Origin: Longimicrobiales bacterium
GTDB lineage: Bacteria; Gemmatimonadota; Gemmatimonadetes; Longimicrobiales; Gaopeijiaceae
Reading direction: 5' to 3'
NCBI GenBank assembly: GCA_965116645.1
Contig: OZ220702.1
Location: 481,929 to 545,928, forward strand
DNA length: 64,000 bases
Positions 7,475-16,557 of the stretch are shown one piece after another; position 1 is the stretch's first letter, and each line of letters starts with the position of its first letter. The notes under the pieces are model-generated. The model was not told where the DNA came from. It saw only the letters and a list, made by a program, of their open reading frames with translations, and searched no databases. Position numbers and translations under genes: made by a program.

Positions 7475-9757
7475 TTGAAGCTCCGCCGGGGTTCTGCGGT
7501 CCCTGAAACAGGCCGCCGCTGCATTCGGGCGGCGATCCGCGGACCGATTCTCATCGCCCTGACGGGCCTTGCCGCCGGGATGCCCGCCAGGGCGCACAGC
7601 CAGACCGGCCCCGGCCAGACCATCCGCGCCGTCCGCACCGACCGTCCCCCGACCATTGACGCGATCCTCGACGAGCCCTTCTGGAGCGAAATCGAGCCAA
7701 TCACCGACTTCCGCCAGCGCGTTCCCGTCGACGGCGCGCCCGCTTCGGAACGCACCGAACTCCGCGTCGCATTCGACGACAATCACCTCTATTTCGCGAT
7801 CGTCCTCCACGACTCGGACCCGAAGGGCATCCGGCGCAGCATTCTGCACCGCGAGGGCCGCATCGACCAGGACGACAACATCCGCATCGGGCTGGACACC
7901 TACAACGACAAGCGCAATGCGTACATCTTCGAGATCAATCCCTTCGGCACCCAGGGCGACGCGCTGATCACCGACGAGTCCATGACGCTGTCGGACTGGA
8001 ACTGGGAGGGGGTCTACGAGAGCGAGGGCCGCGTCACGGAGGACGGATGGGTCGTCGAGGCGGCGATCCCGTTCACCACCATCCGCTTTGCCGACACCGA
8101 TGCGCCCGAGATGGGGATCCTCATGGAGCGCACCATCCGGCGAAAGAACGAAATGGTGTACTTCCCCCACATCGGACAGGAGTTCCGGCAAGGCCTCACC
8201 CAGGTCTCCCAGTACGCCACCCTGACCGGCCTCGAGGGGCTGCGGCGCGGACGCTACATGGAGGCCAAACCCTTCGCGATCGCGGGGCGGTCGGCCGCAG
8301 GCCGGCGCGGCGACCTCGACCCCGAGACCGAGACCCTCAGCGAGATCGGCCTCGACTTCAAATATTCGATCACCTCTAACCTGACCCTCGATGCGACCGT
8401 CAATCCCGACTTCGCCCAGGTGGAGGCGGACAACGTCCAGATCAACCTGACGCGTTTCAGCCTCTTCTTCCCCGAAAAGCGGGAGTTCTTCCTTGAACGT
8501 GCCGGGCTGTTCGACTTCGGCGACGCCGAGGAGACGGTCGTCTTCTTCAGCCGCCGGATCGGAATCGGCAACGACATTGCGGGCGGCGCACGGCTGACCG
8601 GGCAGGCGGGGCCGCTCTCGATCGGGGCGCTGAGCCTGTGGACCGAGGACGCACAGGGGGACAGGGAATACTACGCGGCCCCGGGCGGCCTGAACTCGGT
8701 CCTGCGGCTGCGTGCCGACCCGCTGCCGAGGACCACCGTGGGAGGGATCATCACGTCGATGGACGCGGACGGCGGGTTCAACCGGGTTCTGGGCGGTGAC
8801 TTCCAGGTGCGTTTCGGCGGGTCAAGTTCCGTGCGGGGATGGCTTGCGCGCTCGTGGGAAGGCGGGGTGGACGTCAGTGCGCAGCGGGAGGCCGCGAGCG
8901 CCAACGCCGATGTCGACTCGGGCTCACCCATCGCCGGCGCCCTCCAGACCGACCTGCGGAGCAGCCTTCTGGCGGCCGGAGCCGGATACCGGCGGATCCC
9001 CATCGGGTTCGATCCCGCGCTGGGCTTCGTGCTTCGCAATGACATGCAACGCTTCACGGGCTCGGTCGGGGCACACCCGCGTTTCGAACAGAGCACGTGG
9101 GCGAGGCAGCTCGTCACCACGCTGCGGGGCGACTACATCGCCGGGATGGACGGCACCAGGCAGAGCACCGCGCTGGCTTTCAGCAACCTGCTCAGCTTCC
9201 AGACCGGCGACCGCGCCTCGATTGCGGTCGTGCGCCGGGGCGAGTGGCTGGCCTGGCCCACGCACATCCAGGGACGCAGGCTGGCGGCCGGCGAGTACGA
9301 CTTCACCGGCACCGAAGTCCGCTTCAACACCAATGACAGCCGCGAGTTCTCGGCGCGCGGAGGCATCGTGGCGGGCCAGTTCTGGGGTGGCACGCGGACG
9401 CAGCTGTCGGGCGGGCTAATGTGGAAAACCGGCCCCCACCTTACGGTCAGTGGCGACTACAGCTGGAACGACGTCAGCCTGCCCGCCGACGACGGCGACT
9501 TCACCACCCGGCTCCTCGGCGTGTCCATCCTGGGCGCGGTCAGCCGCGCGCTCTTCGCCAACGCCCTCATCCAGTACGACGATGTCTCGAACGTCGTCCA
9601 GGCCAACGTGCGCATCGACTGGATCCACACGCCCGGCAGCGACCTCTTCGTCGTGTTCGACACGGGCTACCTGACGGGCGATCTGCTGGATCCGCGGACC
9701 GAGCGGTGGCAGCGAAGGACGGGCGTGGTGAAGCTGACGTATCTGAAGGCGTTCTGA
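7475..9757 (+). CDS. outer-membrane-associated carbohydrate-binding (CBM9-like) / DUF5916-type protein
   Basis: Signal peptide (ILIALTGLAAGMPARA). N-terminal IRAVRTDRPPTIDAILDEPFWSEIEPITDFRQ...LRVAFDDNHLYFAIVLHD is typical of CBM9-like/DUF5916 proteins. The long beta-rich remainder ends in an OMP-like LTYLKAF. TTG start is uncertain. Confidence 0.7.
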   Translation: MKLRRGSAVPETGRRCIRAAIRGPILIALTGLAAGMPARAHSQTGPGQTIRAVRTDRPPTIDAILDEPFWSEIEPITDFRQRVPVDGAPASERTELRVAFDDNHLYFAIVLHDSDPKGIRRSILHREGRIDQDDNIRIGLDTYNDKRNAYIFEINPFGTQGDALITDESMTLSDWNWEGVYESEGRVTEDGWVVEAAIPFTTIRFADTDAPEMGILMERTIRRKNEMVYFPHIGQEFRQGLTQVSQYATLTGLEGLRRGRYMEAKPFAIAGRSAAGRRGDLDPETETLSEIGLDFKYSITSNLTLDATVNPDFAQVEADNVQINLTRFSLFFPEKREFFLERAGLFDFGDAEETVVFFSRRIGIGNDIAGGARLTGQAGPLSIGALSLWTEDAQGDREYYAAPGGLNSVLRLRADPLPRTTVGGIITSMDADGGFNRVLGGDFQVRFGGSSSVRGWLARSWEGGVDVSAQREAASANADVDSGSPIAGALQTDLRSSLLAAGAGYRRIPIGFDPALGFVLRNDMQRFTGSVGAHPRFEQSTWARQLVTTLRGDYIAGMDGTRQSTALAFSNLLSFQTGDRASIAVVRRGEWLAWPTHIQGRRLAAGEYDFTGTEVRFNTNDSREFSARGGIVAGQFWGGTRTQLSGGLMWKTGPHLTVSGDYSWNDVSLPADDGDFTTRLLGVSILGAVSRALFANALIQYDDVSNVVQANVRIDWIHTPGSDLFVVFDTGYLTGDLLDPRTERWQRRTGVVKLTYLKAF

Positions 9758-9840
9758 AGCGGGGCGGCGGGTCGCTGCCGCCGGGCACGGCGTTAGATTT
9801 CGATCCGACGACTGGCCACCCTCCCGGCCTCCCGAGGACC

Positions 9841-10068
9841 ATGCGCCACCGCCACCTCAATCACAGCCGCCTGACACTGGCCGCGATCGACGACATCATC
9901 GCGCGCGGACAGTGGCGCCACTGGGCCGACCTCCGGCACTCGGCCCGCCGGGACCCGGCCGTCCTGGAGAGGATCGAACGAGTGTGCGCCGGGCAGGTCC
10001 ACGATCCCCTGGCCCAGCGCCATCACTTCTGGATGCGGTATGCGAGAGAAGCCCGGAAGCCTTCCTGA
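9841..10068 (+). CDS. small hypothetical protein; may be the upstream part of a frameshifted AbiE-like gene
   Basis: ATG ORF of 75 aa (LTLAAIDDIIARGQWRHWADLRHSARRDPAVLERIERVC). It overlaps the next ORF by 29 nt in another frame. Confidence 0.3.
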   Translation: MRHRHLNHSRLTLAAIDDIIARGQWRHWADLRHSARRDPAVLERIERVCAGQVHDPLAQRHHFWMRYAREARKPS

Positions 10069-10636
10069 GTGGGAGCGACTGTTGTCGTCGGCGGCGCGCC
10101 TGCAGCAGATCGTGCCGGGCGCTGAGGTTCCTTCGCAATTGGAATCCGTGGCGGGCTGGAAGACCGCGCGTTTGGCGCGGCCCGTTCAGATCCTCGGCAG
10201 CCTGGACGGAATCGAGACCGGAGTACGGCAACTGATCCGCTCGGAGCCGCTTGAGACGACTACGCTCGATGTGGGGGGAGGGGGCCTGACAATCCCTACC
10301 GAAGCGGAGATTCTGCGGATCAAGGGTGTCCTGATTCTGCGACGGAATGCCACGAGGGACTACCTTGACTTCGTCGCCCTGGCGACTCACTTGGGTACCG
10401 ACGCGACCGGCGAGGCACTGCGCTCCTTCGACCGGCTCTATCCCCAGGAGAGCGGCGAGTCCGCGCTCCAGCAACTCCAGGCCCAGTTGTCCAATCCGCT
10501 TCCCTACGATCTCGACGAACTGGATCTTGCCGAGTACCGGGACCTGGCACCCCAGTGGCAGGACTGGGACAGTGTGAAGGCTGCTTGTAGCAGGGTGTCC
10601 GTCGCGATCTTCGATCACGTTTGCGAGGCGGAATAG
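10040..10636 (+). CDS. nucleotidyltransferase (AbiEii/AbiGii-toxin-like) family remnant
   Basis: GWKTARLARPVQILGSLDGIETGVRQLIRSEPLET...TEAEILRIKGVLILRRNATRDYLDFVALATHLG resembles, from memory, the C-terminal two thirds of AbiEii-type proteins. The N-terminal catalytic GG..DxD region appears to be missing. Confidence 0.35.
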   Translation: MREKPGSLPEWERLLSSAARLQQIVPGAEVPSQLESVAGWKTARLARPVQILGSLDGIETGVRQLIRSEPLETTTLDVGGGGLTIPTEAEILRIKGVLILRRNATRDYLDFVALATHLGTDATGEALRSFDRLYPQESGESALQQLQAQLSNPLPYDLDELDLAEYRDLAPQWQDWDSVKAACSRVSVAIFDHVCEAE

Positions 10637-10711
10637 CGTCGGGGTAGCTGTTGCATGCGGTCGGCAACCGTCAGTGGCGGGGGTGGTGCCCTCGACGCTG
10701 GGACGTAGCTG

Positions 10712-11008
10712 ATGAACGGCGAACTCAGCCCCAACGCCCAGGCGATTCTGCTTCTGACGGCGCCGCTTCTGGTGGGAAGGTCCCCGACTTCCGTCAGGCC
10801 TCTGCCCCTTGGTGCCTACAACAAACTGGCGCTCGCGCTGGCCGACGAGTGGGGCGCCGAAGCATGGCCGGACCCGGGCACTCCGGATGCGTTGCGGCAA
10901 TTCGTGTCGAGCGGAGAAGGCCGGTCCAGGTTGGCGGAGGAGCCGGATGACTGCGAGCTTGGACCCACCATCGGCCCGCGACTCCCGTCCCCACCGCCCC
11001 CTTCTTGA
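10712..11008 (+). pseudogene. possible N-terminal fragment of a DprA/Smf-like gene
   Basis: LSPNAQAILLLTAPLLVG...RPLPLGAYNKLALALAD resembles the N-terminal extension of DprA-like proteins, but the ORF ends after 98 aa in Pro-rich sequence with no Rossmann domain. Confidence 0.25.
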
Positions 11009-11063
11009 CAGCGACCCGCCCGCTCCCGCATTTTGTTCGGCGACCGAACAAAGTCTGACCGGG
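11005..11063 (+). promoter_or_regulatory. promoter-operator module 1: TTGACA-N18-CA + 23-bp palindrome TTTTGTTCGG-CGA-CCGAACAAAG
   Basis: The -35-like TTGACA lies at 11005-11010 and the palindrome at 11031-11053, 33 nt upstream of ATG 11087. The module is near-identical to the one at 37485-37543 on the minus strand. Confidence 0.7.
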
Positions 11064-11086
11064 ACGCCTCGGGAGGGGACACGAGC

Positions 11087-14000
11087 ATGAGTTCAATGCG
11101 GGCTGACACCGCACGCGTGGCCACCGTGGGCCTGACCGGGCCCCGCGCCCGCGCGACGCTCCGCCACCGGCCGCGCGCGCCGATTCTGCCCCTCCTCGCC
11201 CTGCTGTCCCTCACCCCCCCCACCCCCGCCGCCGCCCAGGCCACCCCCCCCGCGCTGCCCGTCATCGAGCTCGTCACGGACGCCACCGGCACGCGCCTCC
11301 GGGTCGACGGCACCGACATGATGGTGCAGGGCGTCAACTGGGACTACTTCCCGCGCGGCACGACCTACAACTACAACTTCTGGACCGAGCCCGACCACGT
11401 GATTGAGGCGGCGCTCGACCGCGAGATGTCGCTCCTCAAGGCGATGGGCGGCAACGCGATCCGCACCTACGTGGGGATCACGCCGCGGTGGGTGCGGCAC
11501 ATCTACGAGCGCTACGGGATCTACACGATCCTGAACCACGCGCTGGGCCGCTACGGCGTGACGGCCGACGGCGTCTACCAGGCCAACACGGACTACTCGG
11601 ACCCCCGCGCCCGCGCCGTGCTCATGGCCGAGGTAGAGGAGCTGGTGAGCGAGTTCAGGGACACGCCCGGCGTCCTCATGTGGCTTCTCGGCAACGAGAA
11701 CAACTACGGGCTGGTGTGGAGTTCGGCGGAGACCGAGGATCTGCCCGAGGAGGAGGCCAACACGGTCCGCGCGCGCCACATGTATTCGCTCTTCGGCGAG
11801 GTGGCGCGGCGCATCAAGGAGATCGACCCCACCCGCCCCGTCGCGATGGCCAACGGCGACCTCCAGTACCTCGACATCATCGCCGAGGAGGTGCCCGACC
11901 TGGACATCTTCGGCACCAACGTCTACCGGGGCGTCTCGTTCGGGGATCTCTTCCAGGAGGTCCGCGACGTGCTGAACCGCCCCGTGATGTTCACCGAGTT
12001 CGGCGCCGACGCCTGGAACGCGAAGAACATGCACGAGGACCAGGTCGTGCAGGCCCGGTACCTCATGGGCCAGTGGCGGGAGATCTACGAGCAGTCGGCG
12101 GGGAAGGGCCTGGTCGGCAACTCGATCGGGGGCGCCACCTTCCAGTGGACCGACGGCTGGTGGAAGTTCGGCCAGGAGGACCGGCTCGACATCCAGGACA
12201 CGAACGCGTCGTGGGCGAACGGCGGCTACGTCGAGGACTTCGTCGAGGGCGACAACAACATGAACGAGGAGTGGTGGGGGATCGTCGCCAAGGGCCCCAC
12301 CGACCCCAACAACCTCTACGAGCTCTACCCGCGCGCCGCCTACTACGCGCTCCAGGCTGCCTACGCCCTCGACCCGTACGCGCCGGGGACCGACCTCGCC
12401 GCAATCCGGGAGCACTTCGCCCGCATCGAGCCGGCCGACATGGGACTGCGGGCGCAGGGCGACCGGGCCGCGCTCCTCGCCACGGCGCTCGACCGCGTGC
12501 GCGTGAGCGGCATTCGCATCGAGCTGGAGACCTTCAACACCGGCGGCTCCCTGATCAGCACGCCCGAAGATCCGCCCGAGACGAATCCCACCTACCCGAG
12601 CTTCCGCGGCTTCGACCAGATGCAGTCCTTCTACGCCGACCTGACGGCGCAGCCGACCGCAAACATGCTCGCGACCGTGTCGTTCAACATGCTCGGCGAC
12701 GTTCCCACGAACCCGATCGACGAGATCTTCTACGAGAACCGGGGCCGTCCGCGCGACGTGCGCGGCCAGGGCGGGAACGTGACGCTGCAGGACATCGAGC
12801 GGCTCAAGGTCTACAGCGCCAGCGTGTCGTGGGACGACCGGTGGTTCCAGCTCGAGGGCTTCTACCGGTCCGGCCATTACCACTGGGGATACGAAGGCGA
12901 CTTCTTCGGACTCTACCAGGAGGCCAACTACGGGCCCAACATCGACACCTACAACGGGCTCGCGCCTGTCGGGATGGAGATCACCGGGAAGCGGTCGCTG
13001 AACGGGCTCAAGGTCGCGATCGGTCCCGAACTGTGGTGGGGAGCGAACCCCGCGGTGCTCGTCAAGCAGCAGGCCAGCCTCGGCCCCGTCCAGGGCACCG
13101 TCATCTACCAGGAGGATCTGGCCGAGGCGGGGCAGGCGTCGAGTTCGTTCGCCATTCCGCTGCCGCCCACCCGCAAGGCGACGGTGCACCTGACCGGCGT
13201 TCGCGGCGGACTGACCTGGGAGGTCGGCGGGATCATGTCGGGAAGCACGAAGGCCGGCCAGATGTTCCAGCTGGTCGACGGGGAGCCGGGTGCCCACGGC
13301 GTACTGCAGGACGAGATCCGGACCTCGGACGCGTTCGGCGCGAAGGCCAAGGTCAGCCTCACCAGGGGACGCCTCAACTGGTACCTGCAGGGCGCGGCGA
13401 TGGGCCTCGTGGCCGACGGCGGTCCCACACAGACGCAGACCTTCACCGGCTGGACGCTGAAGGACACCGGCAGCGGCAACCAGCGCAACCTGATCACCGG
13501 CCTCACCTGGCTGGCGGGCGACTGGCAGATCGCCCCCAACGTGCTCTGGCGCAAGCCCCTGGTGGGTCCGGTCCCGGCCAGCATCCCCGCCCCGGGACGT
13601 CCCCGGAACATTCTGGACGACCCCTTCGCGGTGCGCGGCAACCGCGAGACCCGCGCGGCCGAGCTCCTCGTCACCTACGACCCCACGCCCGCCACCTGGA
13701 TGTACAACTGGGACAGCGACCGGCGCGAGGACGCGGTGCTGGCCGCCTCGGTGGGGTTCGTGTACTTCAGCTTTCCCACCACCCAGGACGCCGGGATCGG
13801 GATCTTCGCCGACGGCCGCTCCACCTTCGCGTTTCCCGGCGCGCCGCCCGCGCGCAACCTCTGGGAGGTCAAGGCGCGGATCGTGTCGAAGCGGCGGGCG
13901 GGGCCCGGACTGATCGCGAACATCTTCGCGGGGACCGGCGAGCCCAACGGGGACGACGACCGCGTGGTCAGCCGCGCCGGCATCGACCTCCGCGTCATCC

Positions 14001-14317
14001 ACGGCTCGGTCAAGTTCCACGGCATCGCGAGCCAAAACGACTGGGGGCCCTACGACTACCACCGCGACTTCAACCTCACCTTCCCGCTGCAGCTGATGGG
14101 CGACATCTCGTATTCGCTCGGGCCGCCGGACTGGTTCGACCTGCCACAGACCCGCGTCGGGGTGCGCGCGACCATGCGGACGCTGAACGAGTACTCGCCG
14201 CGCTACTGTCCGGCACGGACGCCCGACGATTTCGGGAGGATGGAGTGCAACCCGGGCATCGGCGGGGACCCGGGGCGCGAGTGGGAGATCCGGACGTACC
14301 TGCACATCGGGATGTAG
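11087..14317 (+). CDS. secreted clan GH-A (beta/alpha)8 glycoside hydrolase (GH2-type TIM barrel-like) with ~650-aa C-terminal beta-rich region
   Basis: GGGAGGGGA SD precedes ATG 11087. Signal peptide (ILPLLALLSLTPPTPAAAQ). Catalytic-type motifs LLGNENNYG (acid/base NE) and MFTEFGADAW (nucleophile E). The C-terminal part has porin-like alternating strands. Confidence 0.75.
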   Translation: MSSMRADTARVATVGLTGPRARATLRHRPRAPILPLLALLSLTPPTPAAAQATPPALPVIELVTDATGTRLRVDGTDMMVQGVNWDYFPRGTTYNYNFWTEPDHVIEAALDREMSLLKAMGGNAIRTYVGITPRWVRHIYERYGIYTILNHALGRYGVTADGVYQANTDYSDPRARAVLMAEVEELVSEFRDTPGVLMWLLGNENNYGLVWSSAETEDLPEEEANTVRARHMYSLFGEVARRIKEIDPTRPVAMANGDLQYLDIIAEEVPDLDIFGTNVYRGVSFGDLFQEVRDVLNRPVMFTEFGADAWNAKNMHEDQVVQARYLMGQWREIYEQSAGKGLVGNSIGGATFQWTDGWWKFGQEDRLDIQDTNASWANGGYVEDFVEGDNNMNEEWWGIVAKGPTDPNNLYELYPRAAYYALQAAYALDPYAPGTDLAAIREHFARIEPADMGLRAQGDRAALLATALDRVRVSGIRIELETFNTGGSLISTPEDPPETNPTYPSFRGFDQMQSFYADLTAQPTANMLATVSFNMLGDVPTNPIDEIFYENRGRPRDVRGQGGNVTLQDIERLKVYSASVSWDDRWFQLEGFYRSGHYHWGYEGDFFGLYQEANYGPNIDTYNGLAPVGMEITGKRSLNGLKVAIGPELWWGANPAVLVKQQASLGPVQGTVIYQEDLAEAGQASSSFAIPLPPTRKATVHLTGVRGGLTWEVGGIMSGSTKAGQMFQLVDGEPGAHGVLQDEIRTSDAFGAKAKVSLTRGRLNWYLQGAAMGLVADGGPTQTQTFTGWTLKDTGSGNQRNLITGLTWLAGDWQIAPNVLWRKPLVGPVPASIPAPGRPRNILDDPFAVRGNRETRAAELLVTYDPTPATWMYNWDSDRREDAVLAASVGFVYFSFPTTQDAGIGIFADGRSTFAFPGAPPARNLWEVKARIVSKRRAGPGLIANIFAGTGEPNGDDDRVVSRAGIDLRVIHGSVKFHGIASQNDWGPYDYHRDFNLTFPLQLMGDISYSLGPPDWFDLPQTRVGVRATMRTLNEYSPRYCPARTPDDFGRMECNPGIGGDPGREWEIRTYLHIGM

Positions 14318-14322
14318 GGGCG

Positions 14323-16146
14323 GTGGCCCCTCTCGTCGGCGCGGCCACCGAGCGGCGCGTGCGCGAACTCCTCGCCCGCATGACGCTCGACCAGAAGATC
14401 GGGCAGATGACGCAGCCGGAGCGGCTCCACGTCACGCCCGCCCAGGTGAAGCGGTACCACATCGGCTCGGTGCTGAGCGGCGGCGGTTCCTGCCCCGGCG
14501 ACAACCGTCCGGCCGACTGGGTCGCGATGAACGACGCGTACTGGGAGGCGTCGATGGAGGAGGACGCGGGCCACCTGGCGATCCCGGTCCTCTACGGGGT
14601 CGACGCGATCCACGGGAATGCGAACGTGCATGGCGCGACCGTCTTCCCGCACAACATCGGGCTGGGGGCCGCGCGCGATCCCGGGCTGGTCGAGCGGATC
14701 GGGCGCGTGACCGCGCGGGAGGTGCGGGCGGCGGGGGTGGACTGGACCTTTGCGCCGACGCTGGCCGTGGCGCAGGATCCGCGCTGGGGGCGGACGTACG
14801 AGAGCTACTCGGAGGATCCGGGGATCGTGGCCGAGTATGCGGGGCGGATTGTGGGGGGGTTGCAGGAGGGGGACATCGTCGCCTGCGCCAAGCACTGGGT
14901 GGGGGACGGGGGGACGCGCGCCGGCGTGGACCAGGGCGACACGGTGGTGGACGAGGCGGAGTTGCGGAGGGCGCATATCGCGCCGTACGCGCCGGCGCTT
15001 GAGGCCGGGGTGCTGACGGTGATGGTGTCGCTGAGCAGCTGGAACGGGAAGCAGTGTCACGCGCACCGGTACCTGATCCGTGACGTGCTGAAGCGGGAGA
15101 TGGGGTTCGGCGGCTTCGTGCTGTCGGACTGGAACGGCGTCGATCCGCTGGCCGACGACTACGGTGAGGCGGCGGCAGCCGCGGTGAACGCCGGCATCGA
15201 CATGGTGATGGTGCCGGAGAGGTGGCGGGATTTCATCGCCGGGCTGAAGCGTCAGGTGGAGCGTGGGGTCGTGCCGATTGGGCGGATCGACGACGCGGTC
15301 GCAAGGATTCTGCGCGTGAAGGTGGCGAGTGGGCTGTTCGAGCGGGGGCGGCCGGCAGCGCGGCGGGGGTCGAACGGGGTGGGGTTCGGGTCGCGCGAGC
15401 ACCGCGAGGTGGCGAGGGAGGCGGTGCGGAAGTCGCTGGTGCTGCTCAAGAACGAGGGAGGGGTACTGCCGCTCGACAAGGGCGCGCGGATCCTGGTGAC
15501 GGGCCCGGCCGCGCACGACCGCGGGAGGCAGTGCGGAGGCTTCACCGTCGAGTGGCAGGGGGTGACGGGCAATGAGGCGATCGTGGGGGGGACCTCGATC
15601 TGGGAAGGGATCCGTGCCGTCGCGCCGGGGGCGGTGTTGGGGGGTGGGGGGGAGGGGGACGCAGGCGATGGAGCGCAGGCCGAAGCGCCGGACGACGCGG
15701 CGCGCCGTTTCGACGTGGCGATCATCGTCATCGGCGAGCGCCCCTACGCCGAAGGGATGGGGGACATCCGAGAGCCGGGCCCGGTCCGGCCGGGGACGAA
15801 CCACCTGCCCGCAGGCCCGGGCGTGCTTCGGCCGTATGGAGACACGCTGGAACTTGCCGCGCTGCACCCGGAGTCCCTGCGGACCGTGCGGGCGCTGGCG
15901 GAGCAGGGTATCCCGGTGGTGACGGTGCTGGTATCCGGGCGGCCGATGATGGTGAGCGCGGAGCTGGCCGCATCGTCGGCCTTCGTGGCCGCGTGGCTGC
16001 CGGGCTCGGAGGGCGCGGGCGTGGCCGACGTGCTCTTCGGGGACCACGACTTCGTGGGGCGGTTGCCGATGGGGTGGCCGGGTGGGGGGGACGACGTGCT
16101 CTTCCCAAGGGGATACGGAATGCGGCTACTCGGAAGCGGGGTCTGA
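14323..16146 (+). CDS. bglX: GH3 beta-glucosidase / exo-beta-1,3-glucanase (BglX-like), no signal peptide
   Basis: RVRELLARMTLDQKIGQMTQPE, GVDAIHGNANVHGATVFPHNIGLGAARD, DWTFAPTLAVAQDPRWGRTYESYSEDP, FVLSDWNGV and KHWVGDGGT are GH3 hallmarks. Only the last part of the 1552-aa ORF is real. GTG 14323 start is uncertain (ATG 14380 is the alternative). Confidence 0.85.
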   Translation: MAPLVGAATERRVRELLARMTLDQKIGQMTQPERLHVTPAQVKRYHIGSVLSGGGSCPGDNRPADWVAMNDAYWEASMEEDAGHLAIPVLYGVDAIHGNANVHGATVFPHNIGLGAARDPGLVERIGRVTAREVRAAGVDWTFAPTLAVAQDPRWGRTYESYSEDPGIVAEYAGRIVGGLQEGDIVACAKHWVGDGGTRAGVDQGDTVVDEAELRRAHIAPYAPALEAGVLTVMVSLSSWNGKQCHAHRYLIRDVLKREMGFGGFVLSDWNGVDPLADDYGEAAAAAVNAGIDMVMVPERWRDFIAGLKRQVERGVVPIGRIDDAVARILRVKVASGLFERGRPAARRGSNGVGFGSREHREVAREAVRKSLVLLKNEGGVLPLDKGARILVTGPAAHDRGRQCGGFTVEWQGVTGNEAIVGGTSIWEGIRAVAPGAVLGGGGEGDAGDGAQAEAPDDAARRFDVAIIVIGERPYAEGMGDIREPGPVRPGTNHLPAGPGVLRPYGDTLELAALHPESLRTVRALAEQGIPVVTVLVSGRPMMVSAELAASSAFVAAWLPGSEGAGVADVLFGDHDFVGRLPMGWPGGGDDVLFPRGYGMRLLGSGV

Positions 16147-16557
16147 AGCGGCTGCTTCCGAGTCGCTTCCGAGCAGCTCGCACCCGATGCGGTCAATGCG
16201 GGTGAAGCGGCGGTCCTGCGTGAGAACGACACTGGATGTTCGCACGGCACAGGCCGCGATCCAGACGTCATTCGTCGGCAACGGCGTGCCGGCGCTTCGC
16301 AGTTCAGCCACGATCCGCCCGTAGGCGCGCGCGACTCCGTCGTCCACGGGGATGATCTCCACCACCGGGTGGACAAGAAACTCCCTCAGTCCTTCCAGAT
16401 CCGCAGGGCGGTTCCGGGTCAGGGCATAGCCCGTGTACAGTTCTCCCAGGGCGATGACGGGAAAGCCGATCCAGCTCGCCCCGTCAATCGCGGCAACGGT
16501 CTCCGCGTCATCCCGCAGGAAACGGATGTACGCCGATGTGTCGAGGCAGTAGCGCAT
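16126..16557 (-). CDS. vapC: PIN-domain toxin VapC
   Basis: MRYCLDTSAYIRFL...PTNDVWIAACAVRTSSVVLTQDRRF gives the PIN acidic residues in the expected context. The start overlaps the antitoxin stop. Confidence 0.8.
   Translation of the reverse strand: MRYCLDTSAYIRFLRDDAETVAAIDGASWIGFPVIALGELYTGYALTRNRPADLEGLREFLVHPVVEIIPVDDGVARAYGRIVAELRSAGTPLPTNDVWIAACAVRTSSVVLTQDRRFTRIDRIGCELLGSDSEAAASDPASE

Noticed and set aside
11488-14322. 5' two thirds of the 1552-aa ORF 11488..16146.
   Set aside because: This part is an out-of-frame read-through of the GH-A gene (Arg/Gly/Pro-rich). Only the GH3 portion, from about 14323, is real.
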